Counted from the stretch's first letter, positions 8,764 through 19,014 are shown. The stretch is 38,154 bases of DNA from an uncultured Lachnospiraceae bacterium (GCA_964472845.1 CAYYND010000004.1:1-38154), one strand, 5' to 3'. Notes: a model not told the origin generated them from the letters alone. Translations and numbers: made by a program.

Positions 8764-10056
8764 ATGAGAAAAAAGTTCAAGCTATGTAGAGAGTATCTGA
8801 AGTCTGTCAGGGCAAATTCCATAACTCTGTTCCTTGTGCTTTCGCTTTCCTTTACGATGGTGGCACTTCTGCTCGGACGCTATAACTACGCGTATGCCCG
8901 ATATGCGAGGTTAAAATCAATGGATACGGAGTGCGCATATTTTGTGCGTCCGCTGGTAAAAAACAGTGAACGTCAAGAAATAAATGCGATCCTCGGATCC
9001 GACCCTGCTGTTGGCGATTTCATTATGCGCTCGGTCAGATATACTTCGACGCACGACGAGGAAAGAACGGATCTGTATTTCGTCGAAGAAGTTTACTGCG
9101 ATATCTTCGGTACAGATACTTTTATCGGCGGTTTCGATTATTCGGACAACGGTATCGAGGTCATATTGCCGTTTAAATGTATCGGCGAATATCGAATAGG
9201 GGATACTTTTGAGATCGTTTTTGAGGAAGCTATCGAGGAAGTGGTTGAAAAAGACGATAAGGATTCGTGGGGCGATAATATAAGACAGGTTATCGAAAAG
9301 GACGACGAGCACGTTATACTTGTAAGGGATCTTGTGGTCGAGACCCGCGTTTGCGGCTTTTCCTCTCCGAACGCACTTTATGCGTCGATGCCGGGCGGCG
9401 CGACCAAGCCCGAGGCGGACGATATATTCGGCGAGCTTGATGATTTCGTGCTTGTAAAGTATAATGAAAAGGCGAGGGATGCCTTCGCCGTGGTGGAACA
9501 GTCCAATAATACCAATGTCGGATTTGCCTGTATGATCACGTTTGCCGACGGTACAACGCCGGCGCAAAAGGATGAGCTTGTTGAGAAATTGAGCGATCAC
9601 GGTATGATAAGCACCGTTGACGATATTCTCGAGAATTCAAAGGCATCGATCAATGAAGATATCGCGGATTTTATCCCGTTCTCGGCATTTTTGACGGCGT
9701 TTGCCTTGGTAACGCTCGTTTCGATAATCGCGCTGTCGGTTTACAGACAGGCGTCCGATTACGCGGTCTGGTATCTCGTCGGAGCAGACAGACGGAAGAT
9801 AGTTTCCGTCGTGGTAAGCTCCTTTATGGTGATCACGGTGCTCGCGGCACTTGCCTCGTCCGCGCTCTTGCTGGTCTCGGTCCTGCCGAAGGTGGTCGAA
9901 AAGCTCGATTTTCTTGAGTCGGTGTTGGTCGATTTCAAACTTTTGGTGCTTGAGCTGATACTTATAGCGATCACGATCACTATTACCGCGGTCGTTTGCA
10001 GGCTCGCGGTAAAGGATAACGATCCGAGAAAAATGATGGATAAATACAGAGATTAA
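8764..10056 (+). CDS. ABC transporter permease, FtsX/MacB-like
   Basis: Same topology with a VWYLVGADR motif; AAGGAGG RBS before ATG 8764. Confidence 0.75.
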   Translation: MRKKFKLCREYLKSVRANSITLFLVLSLSFTMVALLLGRYNYAYARYARLKSMDTECAYFVRPLVKNSERQEINAILGSDPAVGDFIMRSVRYTSTHDEERTDLYFVEEVYCDIFGTDTFIGGFDYSDNGIEVILPFKCIGEYRIGDTFEIVFEEAIEEVVEKDDKDSWGDNIRQVIEKDDEHVILVRDLVVETRVCGFSSPNALYASMPGGATKPEADDIFGELDDFVLVKYNEKARDAFAVVEQSNNTNVGFACMITFADGTTPAQKDELVEKLSDHGMISTVDDILENSKASINEDIADFIPFSAFLTAFALVTLVSIIALSVYRQASDYAVWYLVGADRRKIVSVVVSSFMVITVLAALASSALLLVSVLPKVVEKLDFLESVLVDFKLLVLELILIAITITITAVVCRLAVKDNDPRKMMDKYRD

Positions 10057-10078
10057 AGCATACGTGGGGGAAGATACT

Positions 10079-10774
10079 ATGGATAATACAATTATAAAAA
10101 TAGATGGGCTCAATAAATTTTATCCTATGGGTGAATATATGTTTCACGCACTCAAGGAAATAGATCTTGAGATCAAGAGCGGAGAGATGATTGCCATTAT
10201 GGGAAGATCCGGATCGGGAAAATCGACCTTGCTCAATATTATAGGAACTCTCGACAGCTATGACAGCGGTGCATATTTTTACGGCGGCAAGGACGTCGGC
10301 GAGATGGGCGACAGCGAAAAGGCGTCTCTCAGAGCATCCGAGATCGGCTTTGTCAATCAGGAATTTTTGCTGTTAAATAAAAAGACGGCGTTCTTCAACG
10401 TCGCGCTTCCGCTGTACTTCGGCAAGACGCCGAAAAAGGAGATAAGCTCCAGGGTCAAAATGTCGCTTTCAAAGGTTTCTATATTGGATCAGATGAATAA
10501 GAAAATAACCGATATGTCGGGCGGTCAGAAGCAAAGGGTAGCCATTGCAAGAGCGCTCGTGACCTCTCCGAAGCTTATCCTTGCCGATGAGCCCACGGGA
10601 GCCCTCGACCGCGAGACTTCAAAGGAAATAATCGCCTGCCTGAAGGAACTGAATGAAAAAGACGGCATTACGGTCATCATCGTAACGCACGACAGAGAGG
10701 TCGCCGAGAAATGTCATAAGATAATCAATATATCCGACGGAAAGATAACGGATGTCGAGGTCGTTGCGAAATAA
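10079..10774 (+). CDS. ABC transporter ATP-binding protein (LolD/MacB type)
   Basis: GRSGSGKS Walker A, MSGGQKQR signature, ILADEPTGALD, VTHD. Confidence 0.95.
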   Translation: MDNTIIKIDGLNKFYPMGEYMFHALKEIDLEIKSGEMIAIMGRSGSGKSTLLNIIGTLDSYDSGAYFYGGKDVGEMGDSEKASLRASEIGFVNQEFLLLNKKTAFFNVALPLYFGKTPKKEISSRVKMSLSKVSILDQMNKKITDMSGGQKQRVAIARALVTSPKLILADEPTGALDRETSKEIIACLKELNEKDGITVIIVTHDREVAEKCHKIINISDGKITDVEVVAK

Positions 10775-10801
10775 AGGATAGGCATAAAATTTGATATATA
10801 A

Positions 10802-10839
10802 ACAACGGGCTGTCGCATGTAGGTGAGACAGCCCGTTGT
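10802..10839. terminator. hairpin between convergent ABC operon and plsY
   Basis: ACAACGGGCTGTCGCA...TGAGACAGCCCGTTGT. Confidence 0.7.
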
Positions 10840-10866
10840 GTGTTTTCTTGATTTGCTTGTGTCGAA

Positions 10867-11502
10867 CTAACTGCTTTTTTTCTTGAAGAGTGCCGATATT
10901 TTACGTTCTCTGCCGTGGAAGATATCCGAGAGGTTCTTTCTGTGTCGGAAGATTATCAGCGCAGAGAGCAGAGCCGTCAGTATCGCCGCGATGAGGCTGT
11001 GCTCAAATATCAGATTGAATACGGGGAAGGATACCATAGTTATCATAGTTCCCATAACGATGTAATCGGAGATGAGCGCGACTAAAAGAATCCCGACAAC
11101 GAGAATGATAAAGAATTTCCAATCGATAGCCATTATCATTCCGAGATATGAGGCAAAGCCCTTGCCGCCTCGAAATTTGAGATAGAACGGGTGCATATGT
11201 CCTATGACGCAGGAAATGCCCGCTATGTACGGAGCAAGACCGAAATCGTCGCCTTTGAGAACGAGGCTGACCGTAAGTACCGCGATAAAGCATTTCATTA
11301 TGTCGCAGAAACCGACGAGCACGCCGATCTTCCAGCCCATCGTGACGGCGGCGTTGGATGCGCCCGCATTTTTGGTTCCCACCTTGCGTATATCAAATCC
11401 GCGTATTTTGGCGAGCAGATAAGAAAGGCTGAAACAGCCGCAAAGATATCCGAACAGTACCACGCCTGAATATATAAGAATTGCGCGAACGATCTCGTTC
11501 AT
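10867..11502 (-). CDS. plsY: glycerol-3-phosphate acyltransferase PlsY
   Basis: DIRKVGTKNAGASNA, GHMHPFYLKFRGGKG and RHRKNL motifs; AGGAGG RBS. Confidence 0.93.
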   Translation of the reverse strand: MNEIVRAILIYSGVVLFGYLCGCFSLSYLLAKIRGFDIRKVGTKNAGASNAAVTMGWKIGVLVGFCDIMKCFIAVLTVSLVLKGDDFGLAPYIAGISCVIGHMHPFYLKFRGGKGFASYLGMIMAIDWKFFIILVVGILLVALISDYIVMGTMITMVSFPVFNLIFEHSLIAAILTALLSALIIFRHRKNLSDIFHGRERKISALFKKKSS

Positions 11503-11564
11503 ACGAAAGACACCTCCTGCGACGGATCAATCTTTGATCCCGATCCGTTTTGTGTATTTATATA

Positions 11565-11593
11565 AGTATAGCATATTTTTTGCCTTTGGTCAA
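11565..11593 (-). promoter_or_regulatory. plsY promoter
   Basis: TTGACC-17-TATACT with extended -10 TG. Confidence 0.65.
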
Positions 11594-11610
11594 TAGTAAT
11601 GTTTTTATTT

Positions 11611-12140
11611 TTGCCGAGCGGCAGAGGATTTTCTGTTAAGCTTTTGTCGGGCAACGGTTTTTCGTTTATTTCTTGTCACTCGACAAGAAACGAACCAAAG
11701 AAACGAGCAAAGAGGCGTTCCCCCTCTTTGAACTCCCCCTTGGCGAGGACGCTACAAAGTGTAATCTGTTGACCTGTTATTAATGTACAGGCAGATTAAA
11801 AATGGGTGCGGTGTGAACATAGAGAAATTTAAAAGCTGTATTTTGGTGTAGCTTAATGAGACAATGCGAACATAGCAATATGATATATAAAAAGCAAAAT
11901 AATTCATCAAACATCCCGTTATAATCCAAACTGCGGACTTTAGTTCCGCAGTAGCCTGCGGGGTGTACTTATGACCCGCAGGCGGCAAATTTAGTCTACA
12001 CAAACTGTTCGCGTCGGCAATTCCGCTGACGCGCAGCAGGGGGTCATTGAAGAGGGGTGCTCCCCTCTTCACTCGGTTCTTTGGTTACTTTCTTATCGAG
12101 TGATAAGAAAGTAACAATAAATCCTTGCCGAGCGGCAATA
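11611..12140. repeat. non-coding MITE/REP-like element with ~72-bp imperfect inverted repeats (11669-11740 and 12038-12110)
   Basis: Each IR holds two hairpins with compensatory changes; TTGCCGAGCGGCA at 11611-11623 and 12125-12137; further internal hairpins. Confidence 0.65.
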
Positions 12141-12213
12141 AATGAACAAAAAATCTTGTTAAATGGTAATAAATGAACGAAAAACGCCATCGAGTCAAAA
12201 AAATAAATGTCTA

Positions 12214-12242
12214 TTGACAGAGCCGCGATTTTGTAATATAAT
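12214..12242 (+). promoter_or_regulatory. ilvE promoter
   Basis: TTGACA-17-TATAAT. Confidence 0.75.
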
Positions 12243-12314
12243 ATCTATTAAAGATCCATCGCGGTCACGCCCCGCGGCGCGAGCGTCGATAGCAGCACGA
12301 AAGGAAGTCAGAAA

Positions 12315-13376
12315 ATGAATATAGAATTTATCAAAACTTCAACGCCAAAGGAAATGCCGTCGGAGGAAAGCCTCGGATTCGGGAGGTTTTTCTCCGATCA
12401 TATGTTCATTATGGATTGGGAAGCCGAGCGCGGCTGGCACGACGCAAGAATAGTACCTTTTGCAAATATTTCGCTTCATCCCGCATCTACCGTTCTTCAT
12501 TACGGCGCGGAGATCTTTGAGGGGCTTAAAGCATACCGACGCGCAGACGGCGGCGTGCAGCTCTTCAGACCGATGGAAAACATCCGCCGTATGAACAATT
12601 CCGCCGACCGTATGTGTATGCCGAAAATTGACGAGAAGGATATGCTCGAGATACTCACAGAGTACGTAAAGATCGAGGAGAGATTTGTACCCCATTCCTT
12701 CGGTACATCGCTCTACCTGCGCCCGTTTATGTTCGGTAACGACGAAAATCTCGGCGTGCATACGGTAAAAAGGGCAACTTTTATGATAATTGCTTCCCCG
12801 AGCGGCAGCTACTACGCCGAGGGAATAAACCCTGTCAAGATAATGATAGAGTCGGAGGATGTCCGTGCGGTACGAGGCGGAACCGGATACGCGAAATGCG
12901 GCGGCAACTACGGCGCGTCAACTCGTGCCGGCGAGCGCGCAGTACAGCTCGGATATACGCAGGTGCTCTGGCTTGACGGAGTGGAGCGTAAATATATCGA
13001 AGAGGTAGGCGCGATGAATGTAATGTTCAAGATCGGCGGCGAGATCGTCACCCCCGCACTTACGGGCTCGATACTTCCGGGCATCACGAGAAAATCCTGC
13101 ATAGAGGTGCTTCGGAATATGGGCTACAAGGTCACCGAGCGCCTGATCTCGGTTGACGAGCTTATCGCGGCACTTGAGGACGGAAGCCTTGAGGAAGCAT
13201 TCGGCTGCGGAACGGCGGCAGTCGTCTCTCCCATAGGACACCTCGGCTACAACGGTAAGGACTATACCGTCGGCGGCGGTAAGATCGGAGAGGTTACGCA
13301 AAAGCTCTACGATACTCTGACGGCGATCCAGTGGGGCAGAGCCGAGGATCCGTACGGCTGGACGTATAGAATATGA
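12315..13376 (+). CDS. ilvE: branched-chain amino acid aminotransferase
   Basis: LHYGAEIFEGLKAY, YLRP, AKCGGNY (PLP lysine), ILPGITR, GTAAVV. Confidence 0.96.
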   Translation: MNIEFIKTSTPKEMPSEESLGFGRFFSDHMFIMDWEAERGWHDARIVPFANISLHPASTVLHYGAEIFEGLKAYRRADGGVQLFRPMENIRRMNNSADRMCMPKIDEKDMLEILTEYVKIEERFVPHSFGTSLYLRPFMFGNDENLGVHTVKRATFMIIASPSGSYYAEGINPVKIMIESEDVRAVRGGTGYAKCGGNYGASTRAGERAVQLGYTQVLWLDGVERKYIEEVGAMNVMFKIGGEIVTPALTGSILPGITRKSCIEVLRNMGYKVTERLISVDELIAALEDGSLEEAFGCGTAAVVSPIGHLGYNGKDYTVGGGKIGEVTQKLYDTLTAIQWGRAEDPYGWTYRI

Positions 13377-13458
13377 GGTCGTAAGACGGGTTGAATTGTC
13401 CGTCTTGATCCCATCTCTCGGAAAAATCCTTTGTAACAGTTCACAATCAAATAGGAAA

Positions 13459-13494
13459 GGGCTTGCCTCGCTTACGTGAGACAAGCCCGTTTTT
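13459..13494 (+). terminator. ilvE terminator
   Basis: GGGCTTGCCTCGC/GTGAGACAAGCCC followed by TTTTT. Confidence 0.75.
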
Positions 13495-13569
13495 GCCTTG
13501 ATGAAAACAATTTCCGAGTCCGAGACAGCCCTTTATACGCTTTTTATGCCGTCGAATCGGTTTGATGTC

Positions 13570-15846
13570 CTATTTTATCCTTCGCACCTTTTCACCCTGC
13601 TTTGGCGCGATGCCGCACGTATACGCGTCTATTATTCGGTCGATCTCTTCTCGCGTTTCGATCGAAAAGATAAAATGATACGAACGAAGTCCGGCGTTCT
13701 CAAGCACATTCGACCTATCTGCCATATAGATCGGTTGAGAATTGTATATGACGTTGCGATGTTGCCATTCTCTTACGACGGGGAAGCGCGCCCCCGTTCT
13801 GTCGATTAGAGTGTAATTTTTATCGCGGCATACGGAGCAGCTTTCCGACGGCTTTGCGTTTCCTCTCAATATGCAACGTTCAAGCAACATAAGAGGCACA
13901 CGTCCGTATACAGTTATCGAGGCGTTGCCGTGCTCGCGAGCTATGTCTCTCATTTGAGGAAGCGTCGCCTCGGGCGAGAGAATGACGCTCTCAAAGCGGT
14001 AGTCGGCATCCAAATCCTCGAGCACCGAAAAGCTTTCGCTTGAGGCTATGTTGAATCGCAGATCTGCGCAGAGCTCAAATCCGAGCTTGTGCGCAAGGCA
14101 GATATTACCGAGATTGGTAACGAGTGCATATCTTATACCCGCGTCTTTAGCGTTTTTTGCTATCCTTTCCGCCTCGGAGTATTCAAGATCCATTATGACG
14201 GGCGGCAGGGAAATGCCGTTCGCGCGTGCTCCCGCAAGCTTAAGATGGTTCTCGCCGTCAAATTCGGATAAGGGTAAAAATCTTATATCAAAATATTCGA
14301 TCGCCTTGTCGGTGATGCTGTCCGCAGATTGAAAATAAGCGCTTTTTATACCGAGCCGATTGCCATCGTGCTCGTTGACTCTTTCGCTTTCAGGGTGGGT
14401 CACGGGAAGGTATTCTCTTACGAAAAAGCTTTTGCGATTGAGGCAAGGCTCATTCAGCTTGCTTTCAAGTGCCGAAGCCGCGTCGCGCCGTAGTTTGTTG
14501 AGCGCTGACATCGGCATAAAGGCCTCTCCGTCAAGCACGGTTTTTATATCCACTGCTGAAAACGGGGTGGCGCCGAATTTGTTTATCGCCTTTGTGACCG
14601 CGGCGACATCGAGCGGCGCGCTTTGCGCTTCAAGAACCGTGTCCCCCTCGACCTCGACGCTTATTGTCCCGTCGACAGTATCGGTGCTGAGCGAAAGCTT
14701 TGAGGGCTTTCCGACCGAAAGCTCGATAGTTGCCTTTATCGGTCTTGTCCGCTCGGTGCGGAATATGCTGCCCGTCGCGCCTTGACTTTTGAGCGTTTCT
14801 TGCTGAGCCTCTTTTTGCGAGCGCGGATCCTTGCCGCTCCTTTGTGCGGTGCCTTTTCCGGGAACGGATCCGAGCTTTTCGGCTTCGGTTCTGACTCCCG
14901 ACATGGATTGCACGGAAAAACACTGATTGACACTGCGCGCTCCGGACAGAAAATATGCGTCGGTGAAGCCGCCGCGTGAGAAGATCTCGGCGAGCTGCCT
15001 CTCTTCGGCGTCGTTGGCGTTTCTGCGCTCGTCAAGCAGACGGCGGTAGATCGTCCCGACCTCTCTTACGTAGTAAGGCGATTTCATTCTTCCCTCGATC
15101 TTGAGCGAGTCGACGCCGCTGTCGATAATATCGGTAATGTGTCGACAAAGCGTAAGATCCTTGAGCGAGAGAAGCGCACCGGATGAGACGGTCTCCGAGC
15201 CGTTATCGCGCCCGTTTGCGTGACGGGCAAGAGAGTAGTTCATACGGCACGGCTGAGCACATTCGCCGCGGTTTCCGCTTCTTCCACCGACCAATGAGGA
15301 AAAAAGACACTGTCCCGAGTGGCTGACACAGAGCGCACCGTGTACAAATATTTCTGTCTCTATCGGAGAATTTTTTGTAAGACAGCGAATGTTTTCAAGA
15401 GAGAGCTCTCTTGCGGGTACGACTCGCGTGTACCCTAACTTTGCCAGCTCTTCCGCCGCGGCAAGATTGTGGCAGGCGCACTGTGTACTTGCGTGAAGGC
15501 ACAACTGCGGAATATATTTGTGAAGTATCCTCGCCGCGCCGTGATCGGCAACTATGACGGCGTCCGCGCCGCTTTTATATATCTCCTCTGCGGTCTTGAG
15601 CATAAGAGAGTATTCTCGGTCGTAAAGCACGGTGTTGAGCGTAACGTAGGTCTTTACACCCAACGTGCGGGCAAGATATATAGCCGAGCGCATCTCATCG
15701 AGCGAGAAGTTACGCGCATTTGCACGAGCGTTAAATCCGCTGACTCCGAAGTATATGGCATCGGCTCCGGCGTCGAGCGCGGCGCAAAACGCCTCGGGCG
15801 TTCCGGCGGGCAAAAGCAGCTCGGGAATGTTATTTTTGATCGTCAT
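13570..15846 (-). CDS. peptidase U32 family protein with long C-terminus (RlhA-like rRNA hydroxylase)
   Basis: PELLLPAG, GADAIY, HASTQ, HGALCVSHSGQC, NRGECAQPCR, SLKIEGRMKS; length fits the U32+DUF3656 type. Confidence 0.88.
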   Translation of the reverse strand: MTIKNNIPELLLPAGTPEAFCAALDAGADAIYFGVSGFNARANARNFSLDEMRSAIYLARTLGVKTYVTLNTVLYDREYSLMLKTAEEIYKSGADAVIVADHGAARILHKYIPQLCLHASTQCACHNLAAAEELAKLGYTRVVPARELSLENIRCLTKNSPIETEIFVHGALCVSHSGQCLFSSLVGGRSGNRGECAQPCRMNYSLARHANGRDNGSETVSSGALLSLKDLTLCRHITDIIDSGVDSLKIEGRMKSPYYVREVGTIYRRLLDERRNANDAEERQLAEIFSRGGFTDAYFLSGARSVNQCFSVQSMSGVRTEAEKLGSVPGKGTAQRSGKDPRSQKEAQQETLKSQGATGSIFRTERTRPIKATIELSVGKPSKLSLSTDTVDGTISVEVEGDTVLEAQSAPLDVAAVTKAINKFGATPFSAVDIKTVLDGEAFMPMSALNKLRRDAASALESKLNEPCLNRKSFFVREYLPVTHPESERVNEHDGNRLGIKSAYFQSADSITDKAIEYFDIRFLPLSEFDGENHLKLAGARANGISLPPVIMDLEYSEAERIAKNAKDAGIRYALVTNLGNICLAHKLGFELCADLRFNIASSESFSVLEDLDADYRFESVILSPEATLPQMRDIAREHGNASITVYGRVPLMLLERCILRGNAKPSESCSVCRDKNYTLIDRTGARFPVVREWQHRNVIYNSQPIYMADRSNVLENAGLRSYHFIFSIETREEIDRIIDAYTCGIAPKQGEKVRRIK

Positions 15847-15975
15847 TTTTTGTTACCTTCGAAAAGCTTAAAATGGATTCGGTATGCGTTTTGATCTTTC
15901 GCCGTTTACCAAGGCTTTAGTTTTTTTTCTTGAAAGTCTTATTCTCCGTTTCGGTGGGTGAGATTTTTTAACAAG

Positions 15976-18003
15976 CTAATCCTCTTCTTTCTCGGACTCA
16001 ACAAGTAAGAGCTTAGGATCGGTCTTTTCAAGCAATGCATCGTATTTTGCGAGAAATTCATCAAATTGCTCGTCTGTCACCGTTTTGCTCGGGTCCTTGA
16101 TCTCCTTTTTCTTGTTTTTAGCCGCCTTGGCACCGGGCTTGCGCTTTTTGCGCTCGCTTCCCGCGATATCTCCGAACAAGGAATCAAACAGCTCCAAAGC
16201 CCCCTCGGGAACACCGTCCATTTTAATGCCTTCTCCGTCACCGGACAGCTTGCGCAAAAGGTCTGCCATACCCTCACCGTTTGTAATGAACGTCACACTT
16301 GCGGCGTTGCCCCTCGGCATTTTTTTATCGGATCTGCCGTCAGAATCATCTTCATCCGAGTCAAAACCGTCATCGCCGTCCGATGCGCTATCATCAAAAC
16401 TGCGGTCGACGAGAGCCGCTATATCCTCCGGATCTATTTCCTCATCGATATCATTCGGATCGTACTTGTCTTCGCCGTCCTCATTATCTTCATCGTTTCC
16501 GAGATCTTCAACGTCTTCAACATCTTCAATATCTTCGGCGTTTTCGTCATCTTCGCCGCTCTCGTCCCGACCGAAAAGCTCGGATAGCCCCGGTATTCCA
16601 CTGATCCCCGAAAGGGAGGAGGGATCGATGCCGTTCTGACCGAGGAGGTCGGAAAGCATCTTCGTAACCTCGCCGATGTCAGCACCCGTCTCCTCAAATT
16701 TTTTCATAATTATGGGCATACATTGAGCATAATACGTCGGGAGCGCCGATTTTATGTGACCTGCCGCCTCGGGGAAACGGCTGATGAGGCTTACGGAATC
16801 CGTACCGGGAATCGTAAATACGCTCCTGATCCTCGTGCAGTTTCGGAAGAGATCCGTTCCGACGGTCGTAAGCAGGGGTGACACGGTAATATCCGTCAAA
16901 GCAGTGCAATCGGCGAATGCGCCGTCCCCTATATTTTCAAGGCTCGGCGGCAGAGTGATGCTTTGCAACAAATGACATTCGGCAAAGCTTCTTTTGCCGA
17001 CAGAGATCAACGTTGAAGGCATATTTATGACACGTAAGTTTTTGCAGGCAAGAAAAGCATTGTCCGCGATCTCGGTAACGCCTGCGGGAAGGGTAAATGT
17101 GCTCTCGCGGAAGCCCTCGGGACAGCGTACTGCGGCACTTCCGGATCTATTGAAGAGTACACCGCCGTCGGAGCTGAAATATACGCTCGCGGAGTCGACG
17201 GTTATTTTGTCAAGCGACGGGCACATATCAAACGCATCGGTCGATATCTTTTTAACGCTTGCGGGAATATATATAGCCCGTACTCTTGTGCAACCTCTGA
17301 AGGTATCGGCTCCGATAGCGGTAACGGGCGCACCGTCGATCTCGGGCGGGATCCTTACGACGGATTCACTGCCGTTGTAAAGAGAGATCTTGGCGCCGTC
17401 GTCGATGAATTCGCAATCAAAATCGTATATTGGTGAGAAAAATGATGCCTCTCCGTCCTTTTCGGGAGAATAAAAGGCGATCTTTTCAAAAAGCACGTTG
17501 AGCTTTCCCGTGCTCGAGATATCCGAACCGTAAAACTGCTTTGCGATCCATCCGTGGGCAAAGCTGTCTCGTGTGACATATATCTTCTCGAGGGCATCCG
17601 AGTCCTCAAAAGCACCGTCGCCTATGCTCTCAACAGACGGCGGAATGACAACGGTGCGCGCCGATGAACAGCCTGCGAAGGCGCTCTTGCCGATACGCTT
17701 CACCTTCATGGGGATCACGATCCGCTCGAGCGACGAGCATCCGTTAAAAGCGAGATCGCCGATGTCGGTCAGCTCTTTCGGAAGTGTTATGCTTTTTATT
17801 ATAGATTTGCAATTGAAGGCAAAATCCGCGACAGATGTGACCTGAGATCCGTTTATCTCATCGGGAATGGATATCTCCGTCATCTGACGGGGACATTTTT
17901 CCACCGTGTAAAAGCCGCGGCTCTCGTCGCTCTCGTCGTACTGTGTGAACAGATATCGGCATACGCCGTCATCAAAATATTTACTCATAATATCTCTGTA
18001 CAT
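15976..18003 (-). CDS. BspA/TpLRR (LRR_5) leucine-rich repeat protein with a very acidic C-terminal region
   Basis: Repeats such as IGDLAFNGCSSLERIVIP; D/E-rich tract; no evident signal peptide. Confidence 0.85.
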   Translation of the reverse strand: MYRDIMSKYFDDGVCRYLFTQYDESDESRGFYTVEKCPRQMTEISIPDEINGSQVTSVADFAFNCKSIIKSITLPKELTDIGDLAFNGCSSLERIVIPMKVKRIGKSAFAGCSSARTVVIPPSVESIGDGAFEDSDALEKIYVTRDSFAHGWIAKQFYGSDISSTGKLNVLFEKIAFYSPEKDGEASFFSPIYDFDCEFIDDGAKISLYNGSESVVRIPPEIDGAPVTAIGADTFRGCTRVRAIYIPASVKKISTDAFDMCPSLDKITVDSASVYFSSDGGVLFNRSGSAAVRCPEGFRESTFTLPAGVTEIADNAFLACKNLRVINMPSTLISVGKRSFAECHLLQSITLPPSLENIGDGAFADCTALTDITVSPLLTTVGTDLFRNCTRIRSVFTIPGTDSVSLISRFPEAAGHIKSALPTYYAQCMPIIMKKFEETGADIGEVTKMLSDLLGQNGIDPSSLSGISGIPGLSELFGRDESGEDDENAEDIEDVEDVEDLGNDEDNEDGEDKYDPNDIDEEIDPEDIAALVDRSFDDSASDGDDGFDSDEDDSDGRSDKKMPRGNAASVTFITNGEGMADLLRKLSGDGEGIKMDGVPEGALELFDSLFGDIAGSERKKRKPGAKAAKNKKKEIKDPSKTVTDEQFDEFLAKYDALLEKTDPKLLLVESEKEED

Positions 18004-18092
18004 TCCTTTCGTAAAGGGATCGCATCGGCAATATCCGATGCCTGTTGTTTATCCGAAGCCATGCTCAATCTGCGGCATCTCGGACACGAAAC

Positions 18093-18956
18093 TCAGAGTT
18101 CCTTTTTCAGCAGCCTTTCGATCGCCACGCCGTCTCTTTTCGGCTCGTTGAGCGGAAGCGTTTCTGAAATGCTCTCGGAGACGAGGCTGCAGGCGGCTTC
18201 AACGGCTTCAAAAAAGCTCTTGCCGTTCAGTATGTCGCCGAGAATGACCGATGCAAATATGTCTCCCGTGCCCGGATATATCGCCGGCAGATGCTCGTTC
18301 TCAACGCAGAAGACCTCGTGACCGTCGTAAGCCGCGGTGAGAATGTTCCCGTCGGGAAGCACGATACCGGTTATTACTATATCTCCGTCACAAAGCTCTC
18401 GCAGTGCCGCGAAGAGCTCGTTCGTGTATTTGCTTATATCGGACTCTGTCATAGCCGAGGTGTCCCTGTGCTCGATCCCCGTGAGGAAGCATGCCTCGGT
18501 AAGGTTGGGCGTTATTATATCGGCATCGCGGCAGAGACGCCTCATTCCGCTGACAAGCTCGGGCGTGTAGGTGGAATAAAGCACACCGTCGTCGCCCATA
18601 ACGGGATCAATGAGAACGATCGGACGTGATTTTGACTTTCTTGATCCTGCAATTATTTTTTTTACGATATCTACCTGATCCGCACTTCCGAGAAATCCTG
18701 TGTAGACGGCATCGAATTCGATCCCGAGCGCATCGAAATGCTCGGCTATGGGCATCATATGCTCGGTAAGATCAAGAAAGTGTATGCCGTCGAACCCTCC
18801 CGTATGCGTTGAAAGCAGAGCTGTGGGAAGCGGTATCACCTGGTGTCCCATAGACGACAGCGTGGGAATTATGACGGTCAGCGCACAACGCCCAAAGCAG
18901 GACAGGTCGTGAACGGCGAGTATTCGCCGAGGACGAATAAATTGATTTTTTTTCAT
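18093..18956 (-). CDS. pdxK: pyridoxal/pyridoxamine kinase
   Basis: HDLSCFGRCAL, LSTHTGG, IDPVMGD, ITPNLTEA, GTGDIFAS. Confidence 0.88.
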   Translation of the reverse strand: MKKNQFIRPRRILAVHDLSCFGRCALTVIIPTLSSMGHQVIPLPTALLSTHTGGFDGIHFLDLTEHMMPIAEHFDALGIEFDAVYTGFLGSADQVDIVKKIIAGSRKSKSRPIVLIDPVMGDDGVLYSTYTPELVSGMRRLCRDADIITPNLTEACFLTGIEHRDTSAMTESDISKYTNELFAALRELCDGDIVITGIVLPDGNILTAAYDGHEVFCVENEHLPAIYPGTGDIFASVILGDILNGKSFFEAVEAACSLVSESISETLPLNEPKRDGVAIERLLKKEL

Positions 18957-19014
18957 CGTTTGATTTCCATTCTGCATTTTAACTCTGATCGGATACTTTG
19001 CGTGTAAGACTCTG

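Noticed and set aside
11752-12072. 106-aa ORF as cargo of the inverted-repeat element
   Set aside because: Starts inside the repeat, has no RBS and no recognisable motif
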